Positions 8,153 through 18,156 of a DNA stretch of 62,350 bases are shown one piece after another (the first letter of the stretch is position 1; the number at the start of each line of letters is the position of its first letter). A program made the translations under genes and the position numbers. Source of the DNA: an uncultured Clostridium sp. (GTDB taxonomy: Bacteria > Bacillota > Clostridia > TANB77 > CAG-508); contig CAOKHI010000003.1 of assembly GCA_948468275.1 (NCBI GenBank), positions 1 through 62,350 on the forward strand, in the 5' to 3' direction. A model generated the notes under the pieces. That model had not been told where the DNA came from. It searched no databases and was given only the letters and a program-made list of their open reading frames with translations.

Positions 8153-8593
8153 TTATCCTTTCCAAAACTTCTTCCTTTTTGGTACTACTGGAAGCAACAT
8201 ACTTCTTTCTTTTTCTAAGATTATTTCATCTCGCTGCCTGTACATTTCTTTCCATAGTTTATTGTCTTTTTCCATTTCTTCATATTTGTTTTTAAAATAG
8301 TCTACCTGCTCTTTAAGATACTTATTTTGCTCCTTTAGAAATCTATTTTCTATTTCTGATTCAGAAATCATCAATTTTTCTTCAATATTATTTTCATTTA
8401 ATTCTGCATTTCTATAATTTGCTGCTCTTTTTATTTTCAAATATTGAAGTCCTTCTTCAGTTATTACTTTTTTCCCTGAATCGTTAGTTTTTAAATATCC
8501 TAAATTTTCTAGTTCTTTACTCTGATTATAAATAGCTTGTACACTATTGTAATTTAATGCTTTTGCACATTCTACAATTGAATATTCAGCCAT
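8153..8593 (-). CDS. HTH DNA-binding protein with coiled-coil tail
   Basis: 146-aa ORF with N-terminal winged-helix-like SIVECAKALNYNSVQAIYNQSKELENLGYL. Confidence 0.5.
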   Translation of the reverse strand: MAEYSIVECAKALNYNSVQAIYNQSKELENLGYLKTNDSGKKVITEEGLQYLKIKRAANYRNAELNENNIEEKLMISESEIENRFLKEQNKYLKEQVDYFKNKYEEMEKDNKLWKEMYRQRDEIILEKERSMLLPVVPKRKKFWKG

Positions 8594-8610
8594 AAATATA
8601 TCTCCTTACT

Positions 8611-9507
8611 TCATTTATTTTTTCTATAATCTTGAAAATTTGTGTCTATTTCTATACAAATTTCATTCAGTCTGCTTACTAATGATTCTGCTGTTTTCCC
8701 ATCATTTCCAAGACTTAATCTTTTTACAAGTTCTTGCTCTGTATAGTTTGTTGTAATAATTATAGGTAGCATATTTTCATATCGACTGTTAATTATTTGG
8801 AACAATTTCTCTAATACCCATTCACTTAGTCTTTCTTTTCCAAGATCATCAATAATTAAAAGGTCACATTTACAATACAGTCTAATAATTTCATAGTAAT
8901 CTAAATTATTGTTATTATAGGATTCTTTTAACTTCTCCATTAAATTAATAAATGTCTCATAAATAACTGGTATTCCTTGTATTAATAATGAATTGGCTAT
9001 TGCAAATGCTAAGTGTGTTTTTCCTGTTCCATATCTTCCAATAAAAATTAGTCCTGTTCCATCCTCCTTATACTTTTGCCAACAGTCTGCATATCTTTTG
9101 GCCATAGCAAAAACTTTTTTATTTTCATCATTAGTTTTGTAGTTTTCAAAAGTCCTCTTCATTCCTCTTTTGCTAATATTACTTTGTTGAAATAATTTTT
9201 CTATTTTTCTTTGGTATGCTATTTTTCTTTCTGCTTCTTCTTTCTTTTTTTCTTCTTCTGCTTCACGAAGCCTCTTAAATTCTTTATCTTCTAAATACTC
9301 CTTACAGTCACAATCTATAACTGAAAACCAATTAAAAATTCTAGTTTGGTCAAAAGGATTTATAAGACCTTTCCATCCTAATTTTTTTTTGCAAAATGGA
9401 CAATATTGTGCATCTGGAATGGTTGGGTACTGATAGTTTTTTAGTTTTTCAGTATCTTGACTATCTATGAAATATTCTTTTGTAATATCGCTATCTTCAT
9501 TCTTCAT
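8611..9507 (-). CDS. DnaC/IstB-like AAA+ helicase-loader ATPase
   Basis: Walker A GRYGTGKTH and Walker B LLIIDDLG. Located downstream of the replisome organizer. Confidence 0.85.
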   Translation of the reverse strand: MKNEDSDITKEYFIDSQDTEKLKNYQYPTIPDAQYCPFCKKKLGWKGLINPFDQTRIFNWFSVIDCDCKEYLEDKEFKRLREAEEEKKKEEAERKIAYQRKIEKLFQQSNISKRGMKRTFENYKTNDENKKVFAMAKRYADCWQKYKEDGTGLIFIGRYGTGKTHLAFAIANSLLIQGIPVIYETFINLMEKLKESYNNNNLDYYEIIRLYCKCDLLIIDDLGKERLSEWVLEKLFQIINSRYENMLPIIITTNYTEQELVKRLSLGNDGKTAESLVSRLNEICIEIDTNFQDYRKNK

Positions 9508-10429
9508 TCAATAGTTCTTCTCCCTTCCTTTTAAAGCCATTAGGATCACTTGAATCTGCTTCACTATTGTTGTTATTCTTCTTAAATTCCTTTTCATCTT
9601 GCTTGACTTGTTGAAGTGTATTGATTCCTTTTGCTAACCAGCTATTCAGGATTTTTTTAGTGTACTGCCATGTTGGATTTTTTATCATACCAGTTCTAAT
9701 AAGTGCATACTCAACTAGTTCTATTGGAAAACATTTAAGATAGTTAATACATTCATTAATATTTTCTTCCGTTATATCTTCTAAAGAGTTTTCAAATATT
9801 ATTTTTATTTTTTTATAATCTTTTTCAGTTTTTTCTATTTGTTCTATACTAATTTCACTTGTATTATCTTCTTCTATATTTTCTTTTTTTAAATTTTCTT
9901 TTTCTAACTTATCTTGACTTATATTGTCTTGACTTATCTTATGCTGTCCAATGTCAGTCATTTGTCTGTCATCTGTCTGTCGATTGTCTGCCTTTGGACT
10001 GTCATTTGTCTGTCCATTGACTTCCATTTGGCTGTCATTTGACTGTCCTTCTTGTTCTGAAGATTCTTTCTTTTTACTAGTTGCTCTCTTTTTTGGTTCA
10101 ACCAATTTTATTCCTGGTATTGCTTTTAATAGCAAATCCTTATAAATGCTATCTACTTTTCTATCTGCTCTAATAACATTATGCTCTCTCCAGTCTATTA
10201 TGTAAGAGACTAAATCATCATTTAAAACTTTAACATATCCTTTTTCTACTAATATATCAAAGTATTGTTCCTCTACTCCAACTGCTTGCATAACACTATA
10301 TGCTTCTACAACACCATCATCATCTGCATCTAATATTAAATGCAAATAAAGTTTGTGAGATTCTGAAGGCATTTTCAAGAATTTAGCTGATCTACATATT
10401 TTTTTGCTAAACATTCTCCTATTAGCCAT
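9497..10429 (-). CDS. phage replisome organizer (N-terminal organizer domain + C-terminal DnaD/DnaB_2 domain)
   Basis: MANRRMFSKKI...FLKMP...LYLHLILDADDDGVVE at the N-terminus. YTKKILNSWLAKGINTLQQV is DnaD-like at the C-terminus. Low-complexity repeat linker between them. Confidence 0.8.
   Translation of the reverse strand: MANRRMFSKKICRSAKFLKMPSESHKLYLHLILDADDDGVVEAYSVMQAVGVEEQYFDILVEKGYVKVLNDDLVSYIIDWREHNVIRADRKVDSIYKDLLLKAIPGIKLVEPKKRATSKKKESSEQEGQSNDSQMEVNGQTNDSPKADNRQTDDRQMTDIGQHKISQDNISQDKLEKENLKKENIEEDNTSEISIEQIEKTEKDYKKIKIIFENSLEDITEENINECINYLKCFPIELVEYALIRTGMIKNPTWQYTKKILNSWLAKGINTLQQVKQDEKEFKKNNNNSEADSSDPNGFKRKGEELLNEE
9912..10050. repeat. direct repeats inside the replisome-organizer gene (candidate ori)
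   Basis: tcttgacttat occurs twice (9912-9937). CTGTCATTTG(T/A)CTGTC occurs three times (about 9954, 10000 and 10032), plus tgtctgtc repeats. Confidence 0.5.
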
Positions 10430-10530
10430 TTTCTAATATCTCCAATCTTTGTAATTAAACAGTTAAATTCTATTTTAAACTGGTTTAATTGTTTTATTTC
10501 TATTTACATTTTCAAATTCTGTGTTATAAT

Positions 10531-10839
10531 TTAAACAATATGTTTTTGAATATCATATTTGATATGAGGATTATCCTGTGTGCTGAAAAACTTGGATAAT
10601 TCTTTTTCATTTTTTACTATTTCGTTTATATGGTCTAATACTAATTGGTGATATATTTGGTTTTTATTGTTTAAACAATTTAACATTTCATTTAAAGAAA
10701 TTAATAATCTTTTGTTTTTTGTTTTCCTTATAATTTGGATAATAAAATTTTTCGCTATTTCTATTTTTCCTCTTTCTATAAAGAATTTTGAATATTTTAA
10801 TAATTCTATTTGTGTATAACAATCCATACTTACCTCCAC
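10531..10839 (-). CDS. hypothetical protein
   Basis: 102-aa ORF abutting the upstream gene stop. Confidence 0.45.
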   Translation of the reverse strand: MEVSMDCYTQIELLKYSKFFIERGKIEIAKNFIIQIIRKTKNKRLLISLNEMLNCLNNKNQIYHQLVLDHINEIVKNEKELSKFFSTQDNPHIKYDIQKHIV

Positions 10840-11150
10840 TATCGAATAGACCTTACTTTTTGCATTATTTCTTCTATAGATTTTCCATTATTCTTTTTAT
10901 TGTATCTTTCTCTTAATTCAGTTATACTGGCTTCTTTTTTATGTGGAGTTAAATCCTGTTGTAATACACTTTTACTTTTTTCTTCTTGTTCTTCTAAATA
11001 TTTATCTAATGTGCTTTTTTTAAATTTAATATTGCCTCTTTTTCCTATCCTTATATGAGGAATTTCTTTAACTAATTTATGGATTAATGTCCAATAGCTT
11101 ACCCCAAGATAATCACAGGCTTCTTTAGTTGTTAAAATTTGTTCAGCCAT
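10839..11150 (-). CDS. excisionase-family / MerR-superfamily HTH_17 DNA-binding protein
   Basis: LTTKEACDYLGVSYWTLIHKLVKEIPHIRIGKRGNIKFKKSTLDKYL. Confidence 0.7.
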   Translation of the reverse strand: MAEQILTTKEACDYLGVSYWTLIHKLVKEIPHIRIGKRGNIKFKKSTLDKYLEEQEEKSKSVLQQDLTPHKKEASITELRERYNKKNNGKSIEEIMQKVRSIR

Positions 11151-11180
11151 TTTATCATCTCCAATCTTAATATAAAAAAA

Positions 11181-11387
11181 TCACTTGTTCATAACATTCA
11201 TTTCTGGAAAAACTTCTAATAAATCACTTTTTAGAAATTCACATATTCTTTTCATTTTTTCTGATGATATATTAGTTACTCCATTTTCTATGTATGATAC
11301 TGCCTGTTGAGATACATCTAAGTATTCCGCTAATTGTTTTTGACTGATGTTTTGTTTCTTTCGTATTTTTTTTATATTATTTTTCAT
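11181..11387 (-). CDS. XRE-family HTH regulator (Cro-like)
   Basis: 68 aa with ISQKQLAEYLDVSQQAVSYIENG. Divergent from the cI-like gene. Confidence 0.85.
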   Translation of the reverse strand: MKNNIKKIRKKQNISQKQLAEYLDVSQQAVSYIENGVTNISSEKMKRICEFLKSDLLEVFPEMNVMNK

Positions 11388-11443
11388 TCAAATATCTTTC
11401 CTCCTTTCTACTTTTTTTACACAACTCATAATTGTATGGTGCG

Positions 11444-11472
11444 ATTATATACCAATACAATTTGTATGTCAA
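11444..11472 (-). promoter_or_regulatory. consensus promoter for the cro-side (early/replication) operon
   Basis: The minus strand reads TTGACA-17 nt-TATAAT. It overlaps the palindrome ATACAATTTGTAT. Confidence 0.7.
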
Positions 11473-11503
11473 TAAATTTTTATGAATTTTTTTCAAAAAA
11501 CTA

Positions 11504-11532
11504 TTGACTTGTACAAACTTGATTTGTATAAT
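11504..11532 (+). promoter_or_regulatory. promoter for cI-like repressor
   Basis: TTGACT-17 nt-TATAAT, containing the TTGTACAA palindrome and TTTGTATA. Confidence 0.7.
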
Positions 11533-11554
11533 ATATCAAAAGGAGTTGATATAC

Positions 11555-11926
11555 ATGAATCGTTTGAAAGAATTACGATTAGAAAAAAATTTGAAGCAAT
11601 CAGATTTAGCAGAAATACTTGGTTGCAGTCAACAAATGATTAGTAAATATGAGCAAGGTCGTACAAATTTAAATGGTATGATAGAAGAAATAGCTGCGAA
11701 CTATTTTGATTGTTCAGTAGATTATTTAAAAGGATTAACAGATATAAAAAATCCAGAAAGAAGTATTATTTTAACTTCAGAATTTAAAAAATTAGGCATA
11801 TTAAAAGAAGGACAATCTCTTTCTAATGGACAGATTACCCTTCTTAGGCATTTAATAGATGTTAATAGAGGACTCTTTATTAGACTTTCACCTATTCTTC
11901 AGACAAATCTAGTAGAAGTTGTATAA
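11555..11926 (+). CDS. XRE-family repressor (cI-like), module 1
   Basis: ATG at 11555 after aaaggag. LKQSDLAEILGCSQQMISKYEQG. Paralogous to 13598-14035. Confidence 0.85.
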   Translation: MNRLKELRLEKNLKQSDLAEILGCSQQMISKYEQGRTNLNGMIEEIAANYFDCSVDYLKGLTDIKNPERSIILTSEFKKLGILKEGQSLSNGQITLLRHLIDVNRGLFIRLSPILQTNLVEVV

Positions 11927-12136
11927 GAATAATAAAGTCCTCCACATCTATACTATTTTCTTTAAGCATTTTCGCCAATTCTACAAAATTCGACATTGTT
12001 AAAGCCCTTTTTGTTATAATTATACCACAACTTACAGAAAATGGCAATCTTATGTAAAGTGTTTTTTATAACTATTGATATTGTGCCATTTAGCAAAAAG
12101 AGTTTAATAATACAAATTATTTAGAAAGGAGTTTTT

Positions 12137-13334
12137 ATGGCTGGAACTAAAATTAAAAGAGCTAACGGAAAATATAAATTAAGTTATATGAAAAATAGAG
12201 AAAGATATAATACAACAGTTATTGCTACTAATGATGCTGAAGCAGATGAGCTTTTAGAAAAGTTTGTTTCACAAATTGATAAAATGTCTCAAATTGATAA
12301 GAATACTTGCACATTATCAGAGTTTGTTGATTTATATTTTGAAAACTATGCTTATGATATGCTTGCTGAAGAATGTATCTATAACTATTATAGAGCATTA
12401 AAAAATTGGGTACTACCAAAAATAGGAAATACTGTACTTGCTAAATGTACCACTCCATTTTTTATTGATTATTTCAATTGGCTTGCTAAACAAATTAGTC
12501 CAAAAACAAATAAAGTTTTATCAGTAGGAAGCAGAGAAAAAATATTTGGAATTATATCATCTGTTTTTAGCTGTGCTGTTACTTGGAAATTATTTACTGT
12601 AAATCCTTTATATGCTGCAAGACCTGATGATTTTAAAAAGAATTCAAAAAATAATATTTCTCATATACAAGAAAGATGTTTAACTATGGAAGAAAGCAGA
12701 AAACTAATAAAAGCATTAGAAACTGTTGATCTAAAATATAAAATCATTGTACATTTTGCAATTATAGGTGGACTTCGTAGAAGTGAAATAATGGGAATTA
12801 AATGGAAAAATATTGATTTTGTTAATAAAACTTTAACATTGCAACAGTCTATTCAATATGTTCCTAAAAAAGGATATGTTGAGGGTGATTTAAAAAATGA
12901 CTCTTCTGAAAGAACAATAGCCCTTCCCCATTTAACAATGCTTATGCTATTAGATTATAAAATGCAAACAGTTGACTATGATAATGATTTCGTTTTTATT
13001 AATGATAAAGGAAGGCGAAGAGGTTTAAGAATGAATCCAGTTTCTGTCACAAATTGGTTTAAAGCATTTAGAGATAAAATAGAACTTCCTCCAGAAGTTC
13101 CATTGCACGGATTAAGACATACAAATGCTACTATCTTGATTTCAAAGGGAATCAATGTAAAGAATGTAAGTAGCAGACTTCGGTCATTCTAATACATCAA
13201 CTACATTAAATATTTATTCGCATGCTTTAACATCTATTGATAAAGTAGCTGGAGATACTTTAGACAAGATTTTATTTAAACGAAAACATACATTTAGAAT
13301 ACAGAAAAAAAAGAAAGAAGAAGCCCTTGTATAA
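12137..13334 (+). pseudogene. tyrosine integrase, module 1, frame broken at in-frame CGG 13181-13183 (intact if the C is skipped)
   Basis: The zero frame ends SSRLRSF*. Skipping C13181 gives SRL-G-HSNTSTTLNIYSHALTS..., which is collinear with integrase 2 (SRLGHSNVDTTLNVYSHALTN). The catalytic Tyr lies after the break. Confidence 0.85.
13181..13183 (+). other. in-frame CGG / +1 frame-break site (integrase 1)
   Basis: aga ctt CGG tca ttc taa. The +1 frame reads ggt cat tct aat. Confidence 0.9.
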
Positions 13335-13529
13335 GCCCTCTTTCTCAAATCTTAATATATTTAAAATGTTTTATAGAAGAATTGGTACTTCTTCTATAAA
13401 TTAACTCTTAAATATTTATTAAAACTATTTAAATTATATACTAGTTTCATGAATATGTAAATAATTTTTGCATAATATAATTTACATACTTATACAATTG
13501 GTAAATTATAGTTTTTTATAGTATTACTA

Positions 13530-13559
13530 TTGACATTATACAAATTATACTTGTATAAT
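13530..13559 (+). promoter_or_regulatory. promoter for repressor of module 2
   Basis: TTGACA-18 nt-TATAAT, overlapping the inverted repeat TATACAA...TTGTATA. Confidence 0.6.
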
Positions 13560-13597
13560 TAAGGTAGCCTTATTAAATATTTAGGAGTGAGAATTAT

Positions 13598-14035
13598 ATG
13601 AAAAAAGAAAACAAAGCAAAAAACGAAGTAAAAAATAAATTAAATGAGCTAAGAGTAGCAGCAGGTTTGAAACAATCAGAACTTGCTGAACTTGTAGGTT
13701 GTTCTCAACAAACAATTAGTAATTATGAAACTGGTTTTGTTAATAATATTGATCCTATGGTTGAAGAAGCAATCGCAAACTACTTTTCTTGCTCTATTGA
13801 TTATTTAAGAGGTCTAAGTAATATAAAGAATGCAGAAGAATATGTTAATGATGCAATTCTTTTAAAAAACGAATTTGTTAAACTTGGTATTATAAAAGAA
13901 GGTGATGACATTTCTAAGCAACAATTGAAATTGTTTAGAGATATTATAAAAGCAAATAAACCATTTTTAAAACAAATATCTCATTTGCCTAATGAACCAG
14001 AAACTAATGAATCTGATAATGAGAATGAAGATTAA
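13598..14035 (+). CDS. XRE-family repressor (cI-like), module 2
   Basis: LKQSELAELVGCSQQTISNYETG. C-terminal domain is paralogous to module 1. Confidence 0.85.
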   Translation: MKKENKAKNEVKNKLNELRVAAGLKQSELAELVGCSQQTISNYETGFVNNIDPMVEEAIANYFSCSIDYLRGLSNIKNAEEYVNDAILLKNEFVKLGIIKEGDDISKQQLKLFRDIIKANKPFLKQISHLPNEPETNESDNENED

Positions 14036-14086
14036 TATTATTTTACTGTTTCCTCTTTAATAATCAATTATTAAGGAGGTTCTTTT

Positions 14087-15325
14087 ATGGCTGGTTCTAT
14101 TACAGTCAAAGGTAATAATAAATATAAACTTTGGTATATGAAAGATCATGAACGATATATAAAAACTGTTACTTGTGCTTCTTATCAAGAAGCTGAAGTA
14201 TTTTTAGCTTCTTTTGTTACTGATATTAATAATGGTACTTATGTTAAACCCTGTAAAATGACACTTGAAAATTTTGTGACAAGAAGATATTTAGACTATT
14301 ATGCTTTTCATAATCTTGCTGGTGAAACTATTTATAAACATATGCAAGAACTTAGATCTTGGGTATTTCCAAAACTAGGAAATTATAAAATGGCTGACTT
14401 TACACCTTATATCTGGTCTGAATATTTTTCTTGGTTATCTAAACAAGTAAGTACACAAACTGGTAATTTACTGTCAATTGGTACAATTGATAGAATCTTT
14501 GCGGTATTATGCTCTGTGTTCACTTGTGCAAAAAAATGGCAATATGTAAAATCAAATTCTGTAAAACAATCTAGGTCTGATTTATCAAATAAAAAACATA
14601 AAAAAGCTAAAAAAGCTCATGTCCAGGAGAGATGTTTATCATATCAAGAAGCATTTAAATTAATAGATGCCGTAGAAAAGGTTGATTTAAAATATCAACT
14701 AATTGTACATTTTGCAATTGCTGGTGGACTTCGTAGGAGTGAAATTCTTGGTATAAAATGGTCTAATGTTGATTTCAATTCAAATATTATAAAACTTTCA
14801 AAATCAAGTTTACAAGTTCCGAATCTTGGTTATGTTGAAGGTGATTTGAAAACCCCTACTTCTCATCGAAGTATCTATATGCCACCTACTACTATGGAAT
14901 TACTAAAACATTATCATGAAATTACTCCTAATACGGATAATAATTTAGTATTTGTAAACAATCGAGGTGTTAGAAAAGGAAAAAGATTGTGTCCTGCAAC
15001 AGTAACTAGGTGGTTTAGATTATTTAGGAAAAAAATTGATCTTCCTCCTGAAGTACCATTGCACGGATTAAGACATACAAGTGCTACTATTCTTATTGCT
15101 GAAGGAATTAATATAAAAAATGTAAGTAGCAGACTTGGACATTCTAATGTTGATACAACATTAAATGTATATTCTCATGCTCTTACAAATGTTGACAGAT
15201 TAGCTTCTGATACAATAGAAAAATGTTTGTATGAAGATCCTGAAGATGAAATTATTCCTTCTAGTCCTTATACTATTTCTAGTAAAAGATATAAATCAAA
15301 AATTAAATTAAGCAAATTGAAATAG
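14087..15325 (+). CDS. tyrosine recombinase / phage integrase, module 2 (intact)
   Basis: 412 aa with GGLRRSE, HGLRHT and LGHSNVDTTLNVYSH motifs. Confidence 0.9.
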   Translation: MAGSITVKGNNKYKLWYMKDHERYIKTVTCASYQEAEVFLASFVTDINNGTYVKPCKMTLENFVTRRYLDYYAFHNLAGETIYKHMQELRSWVFPKLGNYKMADFTPYIWSEYFSWLSKQVSTQTGNLLSIGTIDRIFAVLCSVFTCAKKWQYVKSNSVKQSRSDLSNKKHKKAKKAHVQERCLSYQEAFKLIDAVEKVDLKYQLIVHFAIAGGLRRSEILGIKWSNVDFNSNIIKLSKSSLQVPNLGYVEGDLKTPTSHRSIYMPPTTMELLKHYHEITPNTDNNLVFVNNRGVRKGKRLCPATVTRWFRLFRKKIDLPPEVPLHGLRHTSATILIAEGINIKNVSSRLGHSNVDTTLNVYSHALTNVDRLASDTIEKCLYEDPEDEIIPSSPYTISSKRYKSKIKLSKLK

Positions 15326-15365
15326 CCTACTATTATAGAAAAATAAAGAAAGGAAGATTATTAAA

Positions 15366-15860
15366 GTGGAAAATTTAGATATGATAAAGAGAATAAAAGA
15401 ATCAAGTATAGCCCATAGAGAATTAGGAAATAAAACTCTTTATTTAATAAAAAAAGACAAGGATATTTCTGTTATTTTTCAATTTATAGGAAAGCAATAT
15501 TGTCAGTATATGGACTATGCTTTAAATTCTGTTTGTTGGAAAATAGATACTATAGATAATTTTTATAAACATTATATTGTACATATTAATGATTTTTTAG
15601 AATATCAAGAAGTTTCTAGTAGAAGATATGGAGAACCTAAATTAATTAAACCTATTGAATTAAAAGGTTTAAAACATACATATTCTATGATTAATGGTAT
15701 TAGAAAAAAACAAATTTTTATAAAAAATAATGATGTTTGGATAAAGGATAATGACTATTTTAGTGTTCATTTATCACCAGAAAAAGCAAAAAAGCTTGAC
15801 TTAGAATTTAATCTTAAAAAAAAATTTGTATATAATGACAACTATGCCCTATTGTTTTAA
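15366..15860 (+). CDS. hypothetical protein
   Basis: 164-aa ORF with a GTG start after aaaggaag. The next roughly 190 nt are open in another frame without an ATG. Confidence 0.45.
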   Translation: MENLDMIKRIKESSIAHRELGNKTLYLIKKDKDISVIFQFIGKQYCQYMDYALNSVCWKIDTIDNFYKHYIVHINDFLEYQEVSSRRYGEPKLIKPIELKGLKHTYSMINGIRKKQIFIKNNDVWIKDNDYFSVHLSPEKAKKLDLEFNLKKKFVYNDNYALLF

Positions 15861-16050
15861 GAGGTGAAGGATGGCTTTGTATTAGAAATTTGTTACTATA
15901 TATAGAAGATTTCAATATTGAGTGGAGATTATCTAAAAAAATTTGTTCCTTCTATCATTGGAATATAGAAGATTTTGTAGGTGATATAGAAATATTTTAT
16001 AATAATCTAATATCTAAATTAAAACAAGATATTAATAGAAAGGAATTAAA

Positions 16051-16257
16051 ATGGGTATAATATATGATAAATCAATAAGGAAATTTAAAAATAATGAGAA
16101 TACAATTTTTGAAATACTAAAAAAGCCTAATAATCACTACTATTTAACAGAAAAAAAAGAAAAGAATTCTGCTGCAAGAATAATAAAAACTACTAAACTT
16201 AGTATATTTTATTTTCTAATGGAAGAATATAGAAGAAATGGTTTAAAAGATATTTAA
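16051..16257 (+). CDS. hypothetical protein
   Basis: 68-aa ORF. Confidence 0.35.
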   Translation: MGIIYDKSIRKFKNNENTIFEILKKPNNHYYLTEKKEKNSAARIIKTTKLSIFYFLMEEYRRNGLKDI

Positions 16258-16358
16258 AATAATTAGTTCTCTTAAAATAAAAGATTATCAGAGAAAATTT
16301 CAAATTAAGAGATGATTCGATTTTGAAACATCTCTTAATATATTTTAGAAATTGTAAT

Positions 16359-16808
16359 TTATACTTTTCTTTTCTTAAATTTTTCTACTGCATATTCATA
16401 AGATTCTTGAATAAATGGTTTTAGTTCTGCAAAAGTTTCATTTGATGGATTTAATACTGAAATCCATCCCATCCAAGCATACACAGGATGAGGAATTATC
16501 TTATCTAATTCTGTAAAATCATAATTCATATCTACTATTCCACCTGCATTTGGTCTTTTAGGCACTTCATTAAATAATTCAATAAAACTTTTCTTGCGAA
16601 TACCTAAATTGACTCTATATACATTTTCTCTATCTAATTTTGAGCCTTTATCATTATCTCCATCTTTTTCTTTTATTGTGAGTACATATACTCCTCTTTT
16701 TAAGACATTATTTGGATTGTAAAATATTCCTTTTTCTCCCCAACTCTCTACTAAAATTGTATCTTTTAAATTTTCAAGACAATACTTTAATATTTCTTCT
16801 GCTTCCAT
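16359..16808 (-). CDS. DUF6194-like protein
   Basis: 149 aa. ESWGEKGIFYNP...GVYVLTIKEKDGDND...YRVNLG pattern, recalled from the DUF6194 family. Confidence 0.5.
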   Translation of the reverse strand: MEAEEILKYCLENLKDTILVESWGEKGIFYNPNNVLKRGVYVLTIKEKDGDNDKGSKLDRENVYRVNLGIRKKSFIELFNEVPKRPNAGGIVDMNYDFTELDKIIPHPVYAWMGWISVLNPSNETFAELKPFIQESYEYAVEKFKKRKV

Positions 16809-16868
16809 AATTGTTACCTTTCAAAATTGTAATTTTTTACTTAAAATATATTCATTAAATTGTCAGAT

Positions 16869-17288
16869 TTAGATATTCCCCTCAAAGTTTTCTCGTTCCT
16901 CATAACTTTTAGATAAACAAATTCTTCCGTCAATCATATTATATTCGTCGACTACATTATCTACATCTCCAGTAAATCCTGATTTAAGTATCTCTATCTT
17001 TTCCATAAAATAAGGTATTAACTTAATAAAAGCATTAATTGTTTCTAATCCATAATTAATGTAACACTTAAAATCCCATTCTCCTGTATCTTTATTATAC
17101 TTTGAATAACTTTCGCAATCAGCATATGCACCATTTGGAATAAAATTTGCTCTTTCGATTTTAGAAAACTCTTTAAATTTTATATCCTTTGACTTTTTCC
17201 ATTCGCCATATTCTTCTATCTTTTTTATTTCATCTCTAAACTCTTTTTTTACTACTCCCTTAACTCTTAATCCTACATATAATCCCAT
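16869..17288 (-). CDS. hypothetical protein
   Basis: 139-aa ORF. Confidence 0.5.
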   Translation of the reverse strand: MGLYVGLRVKGVVKKEFRDEIKKIEEYGEWKKSKDIKFKEFSKIERANFIPNGAYADCESYSKYNKDTGEWDFKCYINYGLETINAFIKLIPYFMEKIEILKSGFTGDVDNVVDEYNMIDGRICLSKSYEERENFEGNI

Positions 17289-17319
17289 TTTTCCTCCTTT
17301 ACGAATTGTAAGTTATCAA

Positions 17320-17640
17320 TTACATTAGGTTCAAGAAATGCCCTACAACTCCAATAATACTTCCTAAAATGATAGACATAATTGTCATTGCTATTGGGCT
17401 TTTTTTATCTTCTTTTGCTACTAGAATAATTATTGGAATAGCCATAAGTATAGAAACAACTCCACCTCTTAACCACCACAAATTTTCAAACCAATTAATC
17501 CCAAAGATAACAAAAGGAACTATTAAATAATATACAAATGCTGATAGTGTTGAGTATTTATCAACTTTCATTTTAATCATTGGCAATACATCTATTACTC
17601 CTGCAACTATTCCAATTAATAATGTTAATAAGAAATTCAT
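17320..17640 (-). CDS. small integral membrane protein
   Basis: 106 aa with about 3-4 hydrophobic helices. Confidence 0.6.
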   Translation of the reverse strand: MNFLLTLLIGIVAGVIDVLPMIKMKVDKYSTLSAFVYYLIVPFVIFGINWFENLWWLRGGVVSILMAIPIIILVAKEDKKSPIAMTIMSIILGSIIGVVGHFLNLM

Positions 17641-18018
17641 TTATTTCACCTCCCTTTTATATATTTGATTACAAGATTTACAAGTAATTTTCATTTCATA
17701 ACTATTCACTTTTTTATCCAGTATTGTAATTAAAGGCTCACTATCTTTAGAACAACAAAATCTATTTTTTAGGATGATTAACTCATCGTTACATTCTTTC
17801 CCTATCTTGCTATCTTCAAAATCTATTATTATATTTCCTTGACTTCCACAGTTACATTTATATTTTAATTCTAATCTATCATAAGTTGAATAACATAAAT
17901 AACCTATATTTTCATTACATTTATCACAATACATCCAACCTCCATAATTAGTTGCTAGTCTTGTATTTACTAATTCTTTATTTTTTAATATTCTTGCCAT
18001 AACTTTATTCCCCTTCAA
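17641..18018 (-). CDS. Cys-rich (multi-CxxC) hypothetical protein
   Basis: 125 aa with CDKC, CNC, CC and CKSC motifs. Abuts the membrane protein gene. Confidence 0.5.
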   Translation of the reverse strand: MKGNKVMARILKNKELVNTRLATNYGGWMYCDKCNENIGYLCYSTYDRLELKYKCNCGSQGNIIIDFEDSKIGKECNDELIILKNRFCCSKDSEPLITILDKKVNSYEMKITCKSCNQIYKREVK

Positions 18019-18156
18019 ATTGACTATCTAATTTTTGTCAAGTCCTTTTTTATAAATTTATTATATTATTTTTTTGTATGGCAAACAAGCGAAAATGATA
18101 TATTTTTTAAAAAAGTCTATCTTTTTCACTTCTTTTATGATAAAATTCAATTATGA

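Noticed and set aside
9951-10145. 64-aa plus-strand ORF inside the replisome-organizer gene
   Set aside because: It is antisense to a motif-supported gene and is generated by the repeat-rich DNA.
13372-13398. Hairpin after integrase 1 as a terminator or att core
   Set aside because: It has a good 10-bp stem but no U-tract on either strand, and there is no matching repeat downstream of integrase 2. The evidence is insufficient.
15861-16057. Possible extra coding segment between 15366-15860 and 16051-16257. It is open in a third frame, about 65 codons, with no ATG.
   Set aside because: I recognise no homology, it has no start codon, and no CGG is involved. It could be a decayed gene, but the sequence alone does not support that.
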